This document shows, piece after piece, positions 25,025-32,000 of a stretch of 32,000 nucleotides of DNA; the first letter of the stretch is position 1, and every line of letters starts with the position of its first letter. Made by a program: the position numbers and the translations under genes. The stretch comes from Pseudonocardia cypriaca (GTDB lineage Bacteria > Actinomycetota > Actinomycetes > Mycobacteriales > Pseudonocardiaceae), in NCBI RefSeq assembly GCF_006717045.1, contig NZ_VFPH01000001.1:3643462-3675461 (forward strand), read 5' to 3'. The notes beneath the pieces are model-generated. The model worked only from the letters and a program-made list of their open reading frames with translations, was not told where the DNA came from and did not search any database.

Positions 25025-26416
25025 TCACGCCGCGGCGAGCTCGCGGCCTCCGGGCTCCGCGGCCGGCTCGACGGGCGCCGCCTGCTCCGCGCCCTCCAGG
25101 TAGCGGCGCGACAGGCGCCGGTAGTGGCGGGAGGCGAACGCCACCAGCGTGAGGATCAGGCCGAGGATGCCCGCGATCGTGAACAGCAGCGCGAGACCGC
25201 GTTCGGGTCCGGTGCCGAACCACGGACCCAGCACCTCGGCGCCCGCTCCGGTGGTCATGAACGGCACGAACACGAACTGGGCGATCGGGCTGATCAGGAA
25301 CGCGGTCAGCGGTGACGCGGCCTGCTCCACGCTCTGCGCGAACCCGAAGACCCGGCCCTGCCGCTCGAAGGGCACGACCTTCTGCAGCACGGTCTGTTCG
25401 GATGCCTCGGCGTAGGGCACGACGCACAGGTAGATGAAGAACCCGACCGCGAGCAGGACGATCGAGGACCGCAGCGCGAAGACGCTGCAGACGCTCCAGA
25501 GCACGAGGTTGGCCAGCAGCAGGGTCCGCACCGGGTTGCTGCCGAGCCCTCGCTTGCTGATGAGGAGGCCACCGATGATGAACCCCGTGCTCAGCACACC
25601 GAAGAGCAGCCCCCACACCTCGACCGACACCAGCGACAGACCGTAGGGGTCCGCCAGCGCCATGAGGATCCCGCCGAGGAAGTTGTTGATCGTCGAGAAC
25701 GCGATCAGGGCGAGCAGGCCGGGCACCGCGGCGACGAGGGCGATGGTGCCGCGCAGGTCGGTGCGGTGCGAGTCGTCACCCGCCGTCCGGACGGCGCGCA
25801 CCTCGGGGATCGACAGCGCCGTGAGGTGCACGATCACGGCGGCGGTGAGCGCGAGCGCCACGAGGATCACCGACAGCATGCCCGACAGCCCGATCAGCAG
25901 GCCGCTGATCACCGAGGTCACGAGGAACGAGACGCCGGTGGTGGTCCCGACCATCCCGTTGGCGCGGTCCCGCCCGGACTCGGGCACCAGCAGCGTGACG
26001 ACCGTGGACATCGCGATGCCGCGGATGTTGCCGACGATCACGCCGCTCATCAGCAGGAGCACGAGGCCCCACAGCACGGGGCTCGCCGGGTCGCGGAAGG
26101 GCTCCGGCCCGGCCGCGAGGTAGACCACGAGGCTCGCCCCGTACAGCACCAGCGACACCGCGCTCGAGCCGAGCATCACGTTCCGCTTGCGGTAGCGGTC
26201 GACCAGACCGCCGAACCACACCCCGGAGAGCGCCGTGAGGCCGAGGAACATGCCGGCGACGACGCCGGTCGCGAACACCGAGCGCGTCTCGAGGTAGACC
26301 CAGAACGTCACCGCGAACCACACGGTGGCGTTGACGACGGACGCCACGAGCGTGTTGGCCAGTGCGTGGTGGAAGGTGCGGCGGTGCGCTGCGGGGGAGC
26401 TGCTCGTGGCGGTCAT
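25025..26416 (-). CDS. MFS transporter
   Basis: ATG at 26416 (MTATSSSPAAHRR...) inside ORF 25025..27031; the ATG at 26449 is an alternative. About 12 hydrophobic segments. The upstream part of the long ORF is Arg-rich and overlaps the CGNR gene. Confidence 0.8.
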   Translation of the reverse strand: MTATSSSPAAHRRTFHHALANTLVASVVNATVWFAVTFWVYLETRSVFATGVVAGMFLGLTALSGVWFGGLVDRYRKRNVMLGSSAVSLVLYGASLVVYLAAGPEPFRDPASPVLWGLVLLLMSGVIVGNIRGIAMSTVVTLLVPESGRDRANGMVGTTTGVSFLVTSVISGLLIGLSGMLSVILVALALTAAVIVHLTALSIPEVRAVRTAGDDSHRTDLRGTIALVAAVPGLLALIAFSTINNFLGGILMALADPYGLSLVSVEVWGLLFGVLSTGFIIGGLLISKRGLGSNPVRTLLLANLVLWSVCSVFALRSSIVLLAVGFFIYLCVVPYAEASEQTVLQKVVPFERQGRVFGFAQSVEQAASPLTAFLISPIAQFVFVPFMTTGAGAEVLGPWFGTGPERGLALLFTIAGILGLILTLVAFASRHYRRLSRRYLEGAEQAAPVEPAAEPGGRELAAA

Positions 26417-26445
26417 GCCGATGAGACCACCCGGAGCCGCGGAAC

Positions 26446-27033
26446 TCATCGGTCGCGCCGCGCCCGGTGCCGGTCGTAGTGGCGGGCCACCCGCGCCCGG
26501 TTGCCGCAGCCCGCCGAGCACCACCCCCGCCGGGGGTGGTCCTTCAGGTAGTACAGGACGCAACCCGGGCCCCCGCAGGCCCGCAGCAGCCCTGCCTCCT
26601 CGTCGGTGAACAGCCGGGCCGCTGCGAGCGCGAGCTCCGCACGCGAACGGTCGGTCTCCCGCGGGCCGGGGTGCCACCTGAGCGCGAGGCCGCCGCCGTC
26701 CGGCACCAGCGCAGGTGCGCAGGACGCGGCGTCCGCGTTGAGGTCGGCGAGCGCGGAGGCGAGCTCGCCTGATCCCGCGGTCGCCGCAGGGCGCTCGTCC
26801 CCGGTGACGTGCGCCGCGATCCGGCGCGCCGCGTCCCGGAGCCGCCGGAACGCGGCGAGGTCGTCGGGTCCGGCCTCGTCCGCACCGGCGAGTCCGGTCC
26901 GCCGCAGCCACTCCCGCAGCCCGTCGACGGTCTCCAGGTCGTCGTGGCGGCCGTGCCGATCGGCCCACACGGTGTTCATGAGCCGGACCGGCAGCGGCTC
27001 GTCCGGCAGCAGGTCGGCGATCTCGGAGCACAC
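26446..27033 (-). CDS. CGNR zinc-finger domain protein (ABATE + zf-CGNR)
   Basis: 195 aa with GTG start. C-terminal CGGPGCVLYYLKDHPRRGWCSAGCGNRARVARHY contains the CGNR motif. Confidence 0.85.
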   Translation of the reverse strand: MCSEIADLLPDEPLPVRLMNTVWADRHGRHDDLETVDGLREWLRRTGLAGADEAGPDDLAAFRRLRDAARRIAAHVTGDERPAATAGSGELASALADLNADAASCAPALVPDGGGLALRWHPGPRETDRSRAELALAAARLFTDEEAGLLRACGGPGCVLYYLKDHPRRGWCSAGCGNRARVARHYDRHRARRDR

Positions 27034-27042
27034 ATGGCGACT

Positions 27043-27119
27043 CTAATGGAAAGACCGCTTGACAGCATTAGCCACGCCGTGATCTGCTCTTTAACGGCAA
27101 CAGGGTCTACAACCATTAG
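27043..27119. promoter_or_regulatory. A+T-richer divergent intergenic region with CATTAG half-sites
   Basis: CTAATGG (27043-27049) and CCATTAG (27113-27119) form an inverted pair. A third CATTAG lies at 27066-27071. The region sits between the CGNR gene and the VOC gene. Confidence 0.3.
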
Positions 27120-27128
27120 GGAGCTACC

Positions 27129-27572
27129 GTGGCCTTCAAGACCGGGCACGTCGCGCTGAACGTCACCGACCTGGCGCGCTCGACCGCCTTCTACCGCACG
27201 GTCTTCTCGTTCGACGTCCTCGGCGAGCGCACCGACGGCGAGCAGCGTTTCGCACTCCTGGGCCAGGACGGCGCGCTCGTGCTCGCCCTCTGGCAGCAGA
27301 GCGCCGGCACGTTCGCCACCGACCGCCCCGGGCTGCACCACCTGTCGTTCGAGGTGGCGGACATCGAGGCCGTGCGCCGGGCGGAGGCGGTGCTGCGCGG
27401 GCTGGACGTCACGTTCGCCTACGACGGGATCGTCCCGCACGGCGAGGGCGCCTCGTCCGGGGGCGTCTTCTTCAGCGACCCGGACGGCGTCCGGCTCGAG
27501 ATCTACGCCCCGACCGGCGCCGATGTCGCGCCCGCACCCACACCCGCCGCTCCCACCTGCGGGTTCTTCTGA
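27129..27572 (+). CDS. VOC-family (glyoxalase/bleomycin-resistance/dioxygenase) protein
   Basis: 147 aa with GTG start and AGGGAG upstream. Contains HVALNVTDLARSTAFY and GLHHLSFEV, typical of the VOC fold. Confidence 0.8.
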   Translation: MAFKTGHVALNVTDLARSTAFYRTVFSFDVLGERTDGEQRFALLGQDGALVLALWQQSAGTFATDRPGLHHLSFEVADIEAVRRAEAVLRGLDVTFAYDGIVPHGEGASSGGVFFSDPDGVRLEIYAPTGADVAPAPTPAAPTCGFF

Positions 27573-27597
27573 TCAGGCCGACGAGGAGGAGAGAACC

Positions 27598-28485
27598 GTG
27601 GACCATCCGGGCGAGCGGGCGGTGCAGCGCCGGGCCGGGTTCCCGGACCGGCCGTGGGGCACGGCCAGGGTCGGCGCGCCCGTGCCGCCGGTGGCGGCCG
27701 ACTTCCTGCGCCGGCAGCGGCTGGTCGTGATCGGCGCCGCGACACCGGACGGGGCGATGTGGGCAGGCGCCCTGACCGGGCCGCCGGGGTTCGTCACGGC
27801 CCCCGACGAGCAGACGGTCGCGGCGCGGCGGACACCCGTGCCCGGCGACCCACTCGCGGACGTGTTCGCGACCGAGCACGACGTCGGCATGCTCGCGATC
27901 GAGCCGGCGAGCCGGCGCCGGATGCGGGTCAACGGCCGCGCCCGCCAGGTGGACGGGCTGCTCGTCGTGCACACGGAGCAGGTGTACGCGAACTGCCCGA
28001 AGTACATCCAGGCCCGCGACATCGAGGCGCACGTGGCCACCGACCCGGGCGACGCCGTGCAGTCCGACCGGCTGTCCCCCGACCAGCAGGCCTGGATCGC
28101 CGCGGCCGACACGTTCTTCGTCGCCACGCACGCTCCGGGGTTGGGCGCGGACGCGTCGCACCGCGGCGGCCGTCCCGGGTTCGTGACGGTGGCCGGCGAG
28201 CGGAACCTGAGCTGGCCCGACTACTTCGGCAACTCCATGTACATGACGCTCGGCAACCTCGAGCTCGACCCGCGCGCCGGGCTGCTGTTCCTCGACTGGG
28301 AGCAGGGTCGGTCCCTCCAGCTCACCGGACGCGCGTCGGTCGACTGGGACCCGGAGCGCGCCGCTCGCGAGCCGGGCGCCCAGCGCCTCGTCGACTTCGA
28401 GGTCGAGCGGGTCGTGCAGATCGACGGCGCCGTGCCGCTGCGCTGGACACCGCCGCAGTACTCGAAGTTCAACCCCGCGCGGTGA
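27598..28485 (+). CDS. Pyridoxamine 5'-phosphate oxidase-like FMN-binding protein
   Basis: GTG at 27598 with GAGGAGGAGAG upstream, inside ORF 27523..28485. Contains FFVATHAPGLGADASHRGGRPGFV and NSMYMTLGNL, typical of the split-barrel family. Confidence 0.7.
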   Translation: MDHPGERAVQRRAGFPDRPWGTARVGAPVPPVAADFLRRQRLVVIGAATPDGAMWAGALTGPPGFVTAPDEQTVAARRTPVPGDPLADVFATEHDVGMLAIEPASRRRMRVNGRARQVDGLLVVHTEQVYANCPKYIQARDIEAHVATDPGDAVQSDRLSPDQQAWIAAADTFFVATHAPGLGADASHRGGRPGFVTVAGERNLSWPDYFGNSMYMTLGNLELDPRAGLLFLDWEQGRSLQLTGRASVDWDPERAAREPGAQRLVDFEVERVVQIDGAVPLRWTPPQYSKFNPAR

Positions 28486-28496
28486 CGCGGGGAGGC

Positions 28497-29492
28497 CTAG
28501 GTCGCGGCCGCGCTCCGCCTCGCCAGCACCCGTTGCAGCACCACGAACACCAGCAGCAGGAGCCCGATCACGATCCGGGACCACCACGAGCTGAGGGTGC
28601 CCTCGAACGAGAGGATCGTCTGGATCGTGCCGAGTACGAGCACCCCGAGCACGGACCCGAGCACGAACCCGGAGCCGCCGGTGAGCAGGGTGCCGCCGAT
28701 GACGACCGCGGCGATCGCGTCCAGCTCCATGCCCACGGCGTGCAGGCTGTAGCCGGAGAGCATGTAGAAGGTGAAGAGCAGGCCGGCGAGCGCCGAGCAC
28801 GCCCCGCTGATCACGTAGACGCCCACCCGCGCCTGCGCCACCCGCAACCCCATGAGCATCGCCGACTGCTGGCTGCCGCCGACGGCGTAGACCGTGCGCC
28901 CGAAGCGGGTCATGTGCAGGACGTAGACCGCCACGGCGACCACCACGAGCGCGACGACGGCGCTCGGGCTGACGAACAGGTCGTCGCCCAGCGGCACCGC
29001 GGTCTGCGCGATCGTCCGGAACAGCGGGTCGTTGATCGAGATCGACTGCAGGTCGATCACGTAGCACAGGCCCCTCGCGAGGAACATGCCGGCGAGCGTG
29101 ACGATGAACGGCTGGATGTCCAGGTAGTGGATCACCGCGCCCATCGCGAGCCCGAAGATCGCGCCGCCCAGGAGCACCATGAGCATCACGACAACCGGTG
29201 ACCAGCCGGCCCGCAGCAGCGCGGAAGCCACCATCGTGGACAGCGCGACGACCGACCCGACCGACAGGTCGATGCCCCCGGTGAGGATCACGAACGTCAT
29301 CCCGACCGCGAGCACCACCAGGAACGAGTTGTCGATCAGCAGGTTGAGCAGCACCTGGCCGGACGCGAACGAGTCGTAGCGCAGGCTCCCCCCGGCGAAC
29401 ATCAGCACGAACAGCGCGAACGTGACCACCACGGGGAGGAAGCGGGTGGGGATGCTCTTCACGGCGCGAGCGCGCTCGGCGAGCGCGGTCAT
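28497..29492 (-). CDS. Sugar ABC transporter permease (YjfF-like)
   Basis: ATG at 29492 inside ORF 28497..30230. 331 aa, polytopic, with TGGIDLSVGSV and a RibC/AraH-type permease pattern. Confidence 0.8.
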   Translation of the reverse strand: MTALAERARAVKSIPTRFLPVVVTFALFVLMFAGGSLRYDSFASGQVLLNLLIDNSFLVVLAVGMTFVILTGGIDLSVGSVVALSTMVASALLRAGWSPVVVMLMVLLGGAIFGLAMGAVIHYLDIQPFIVTLAGMFLARGLCYVIDLQSISINDPLFRTIAQTAVPLGDDLFVSPSAVVALVVVAVAVYVLHMTRFGRTVYAVGGSQQSAMLMGLRVAQARVGVYVISGACSALAGLLFTFYMLSGYSLHAVGMELDAIAAVVIGGTLLTGGSGFVLGSVLGVLVLGTIQTILSFEGTLSSWWSRIVIGLLLLVFVVLQRVLARRSAAAT

Positions 29493-30577
29493 CGGGAGGT
29501 CCCCGTGGTCTCGGCGGCACTGGTCTCGGCGGGGGCGGCCTCCACCGGGGCGGCGGGCGGCGCTGCCGGCGGCACGGCCTCGTCCCGACGGCGGCGGCGC
29601 GTGAGCAGCGCCTGCACCTTCGGCGCCTGGGCCAGGAACACCAGGATCACGACGACCGCCTTGAACACGAGGGAGACCTCCGGCGGGATGCCGACCGAGT
29701 AGATCGTGGTGGTGAGCGTCTGGATGGTGAGCGCGCCGAGCAGGGTGCCGGCGATCGAGTACCTGCCGCCGGCGAGCGAGGTGCCCCCGATGACGACGGC
29801 GAGGATCGCGTCCAGCTCCAGCCACAGGCCCGCGTTGTTGGCGTCGGCCGCGTGGACGTTCGCGCTGATCATCAGGCCGGCGACGGCGGCGCAGAACGCG
29901 GCGAAGACGTAGACGGTCCAGACGATGCTTCGCGACCGCACGCCGGCGAGCCGGCTGGCCTCCGGATTGATGCCAACGGCCTCGACGAGCGTGCCGAGCG
30001 CGGTGCGCCGGGTGACGAGCGCGACCAGCGCGTACACCGCGGCGGCCACGATCACCGTGAGCGGCACGGTGAGCAGTGCGCTCCCGCCGATGCCGGAGAA
30101 GGTGGCGTTGTTGACGGTGACGATCTGGCCGTCGGTCACGAGCTGGGCGAGGCCTCGGCCCGCCGTCATCAGCACCAGCGTCGCGATGATCGGCTGGATC
30201 CCGAGGCGGGCGACGAGGAACCCGTTCCACGCCCCGAGCGCGACCGCCAGTGCGAGCGCGAGCCCGATGCCGGCGAGCGCGGCGCCCGGGCTCGCCGGGT
30301 CGGGGCTGCCCGCGATCCAGGTGCAGATCACGGCCCCGGAGATCGCGACGACGGCGCCGACGGACAGGTCGATCCCGCGGGTGGCGATCACCAGCGTCAT
30401 CCCGAGCGCGGTGAGCGCCAGCGGGGCACCGTTGTGCAGGATGTCCACGAGGCTCCCGTAGAGCCTGCCGTCCTGCACCCGCACGGCGAAGAAGCTCGGC
30501 GTCACCGCCAGGTTGAGCAGCAGCAGCGCGACGAGCGGCCAGATCGGCTTGCGCAGGAGCTCACGCACCGGCCTCAC
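29489..30577 (-). CDS. Sugar ABC transporter permease (YtfT-like)
   Basis: 362 aa with GTG start. Contains TRGIDLSVGAV. Its stop overlaps the downstream permease start (ATGA). Confidence 0.8.
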   Translation of the reverse strand: MRPVRELLRKPIWPLVALLLLNLAVTPSFFAVRVQDGRLYGSLVDILHNGAPLALTALGMTLVIATRGIDLSVGAVVAISGAVICTWIAGSPDPASPGAALAGIGLALALAVALGAWNGFLVARLGIQPIIATLVLMTAGRGLAQLVTDGQIVTVNNATFSGIGGSALLTVPLTVIVAAAVYALVALVTRRTALGTLVEAVGINPEASRLAGVRSRSIVWTVYVFAAFCAAVAGLMISANVHAADANNAGLWLELDAILAVVIGGTSLAGGRYSIAGTLLGALTIQTLTTTIYSVGIPPEVSLVFKAVVVILVFLAQAPKVQALLTRRRRRDEAVPPAAPPAAPVEAAPAETSAAETTGTSR

Positions 30578-32000
30578 CCCCTGTCGCGATCAGCTCCATC
30601 ACGTGCTCCATCTCGACGTCCTCCCCCGCGAGCTCCGCGACGGGCCTGCGGTCGCGCAGCACCAGCACCCGGTCGGACAGGCGGACCACCTCGTCCAGCT
30701 CCGCGGAGATGAACACGACCGCCGTGCCCTCGCGGGCCTGCTCGGCCACGAGCGCCTGGATCTGGGCCTTCGCGCCGACGTCGATGCCGCGGGTGGGCTC
30801 GTCGAGGATGAGCAGGCGCGGCTGGGTGATCAGCCACCTGGCCAGCAGGACCTTCTGCTGGTTGCCGCCCGACAGGTTGCGCAGGAGCGCGTCCGGGTCG
30901 GTCGGCCGGATGTCGAGCAGCTCGATCCAGCGCCGGGCCAGCTCGTCCTGCTTGCGGCCGGGGATGCGGCGCATCCATCCGCGGGACGCCTGCATGGCGA
31001 GCACGATGTTGTCGCGCACCGACAGGTCGCCCACCACACCGCCCGCCTTGCGGTCCTCCGAGCTGAACGCGATGCCGGCGTCGATCGCGGCGCGCGGGCT
31101 GCGGATCCGGACCGGTCGCCCGTCCACGGCGATCTCGCCGTGATCGGCGCGGTCGGCGCCGAACAGCAGCCGGGCCAGCTCGGTGCGCCCGCTGCCGAGC
31201 AGGCCGGCCAGCCCGACGACCTCGCCGGGACGCACCACGAGGTCGACCGGCTCGATCGCTCCCCTGCGCCCCAGCCCGACGGCCTCGAGGACGGGCGGCT
31301 CCTCCTCGTCGGCGGGTGCGGCCGGCGCGCGATCGAGGCGTTCCAGGACCTCGAGCTCGCGCCCGACCATCGCGGACACCAGTTGCCTGCGCGAGATCTC
31401 CGCGGTGCGGTACTCGCCGACGCGCCTGCCGTTGCGCAGCACCGTCATCCGGTCGGAGATCTCGTAGACCTGCTCGATGAAGTGCGAGACGAACAGGATC
31501 GCCACGCCGTCGTCACGCAGCCGGCGGACCACCCGGAAGAGCTCCTCGACCTCGCTCGCGTCCAGGCTGGACGTTGGCTCGTCGAGAACGAGCACCCGGG
31601 CGTCCACCTCGACGGCGCGCGCGATCGCCACCAGCTGCTGCTGGGCGATCGGGTGCGCGCCGAGCGGGGAGGACGGGTCGAGGTCCAGGTGCAACCGTCC
31701 CAGCACCTCGGTGGCCCGTCGCCGGGCACCGCGCCAGTCGATGCGACCGGCGCGGCGCGGCTCGCGGCCCAGCAGGAGGTTCTCCGCGACCGACAGGTTC
31801 GGACACAGGTTCACCTCCTGGTAGACCGTGCTGATCCCGGCGGCCTGGGCCGCGGCCGGCCCGCTGAACGCCACCGGTTCGCCCTGAACCTGGATCTGCC
31901 CCGCGTCCACCGGGTGCACGCCGGTGAGGGCCTTGATCAGCGTCGACTTGCCGGCGCCGTTCTCGCCCATCAGCGCGTGCACCTCACCCGGGTACAGCCG
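30561..32000 (-). CDS. Sugar ABC transporter ATP-binding protein with two NBDs (YtfR-like); 5' end lies beyond the window
   Basis: Walker A GENGAGKST, Walker B LVLDEPTSSLD, second-domain signature LSGGNQQK and LLILDEPTRGIDVGA. The reading frame stays open to the window edge. Confidence 0.85.
   Translation of the reverse strand, partial: RLYPGEVHALMGENGAGKSTLIKALTGVHPVDAGQIQVQGEPVAFSGPAAAQAAGISTVYQEVNLCPNLSVAENLLLGREPRRAGRIDWRGARRRATEVLGRLHLDLDPSSPLGAHPIAQQQLVAIARAVEVDARVLVLDEPTSSLDASEVEELFRVVRRLRDDGVAILFVSHFIEQVYEISDRMTVLRNGRRVGEYRTAEISRRQLVSAMVGRELEVLERLDRAPAAPADEEEPPVLEAVGLGRRGAIEPVDLVVRPGEVVGLAGLLGSGRTELARLLFGADRADHGEIAVDGRPVRIRSPRAAIDAGIAFSSEDRKAGGVVGDLSVRDNIVLAMQASRGWMRRIPGRKQDELARRWIELLDIRPTDPDALLRNLSGGNQQKVLLARWLITQPRLLILDEPTRGIDVGAKAQIQALVAEQAREGTAVVFISAELDEVVRLSDRVLVLRDRRPVAELAGEDVEMEHVMELIATGGEAGA

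Noticed and set aside
1-32000. CRISPR arrays, rRNA genes, retron or DGR-type elements
   Set aside because: No regularly spaced direct repeats with unique spacers, no rRNA-like conserved stretches, and no reverse transcriptase ORF were seen.

Overview
High-G+C actinobacterial chromosome segment interrupted by a ~14.7-kb integrated element. Left flank (1-10279): an MBL-fold hydrolase, the sarcosine oxidase operon soxBDAG, an alpha/beta hydrolase, a DUF47/PiT phosphate-transporter pair and a frameshifted D-aminoacylase-family gene. Centre (10280-25003): a pSAM2-type actinomycete integrative and conjugative element (AICE) bounded by an exact 23-bp direct repeat. It has the canonical repSA-xis-int module next to attR, an FtsK/SpoIIIE-type transfer ATPase, a Pra-like gene and a run of translationally coupled small genes. 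The element looks immobilised: int carries a 1-nt frameshift, and a membrane-protein gene upstream of the transfer ATPase is split by an IS256-family insertion with an 8-bp target duplication. Its attL-proximal third (10899-15696) is a visibly A+T-richer, mosaic cargo module. It encodes two large proteins I cannot assign to any family, a minimal Erm/KsgA-type methyltransferase and an XRE-HTH regulator with a long helical C-terminal domain; G+C-rich intergenic islands carrying homologous palindromic elements flank the second large gene. This module is my best candidate for an undescribed system; its function is inferred, not shown. Right flank (25004-32000): MFS transporter, CGNR zinc-finger protein, VOC/glyoxalase-family protein, PNPOx-like flavoprotein and a YtfR/YtfT/YjfF-like sugar ABC transporter whose ATPase gene is truncated by the window end. 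No rRNA, tRNA or CRISPR array was seen. Many long ORFs antisense to real genes are high-G+C artefacts.
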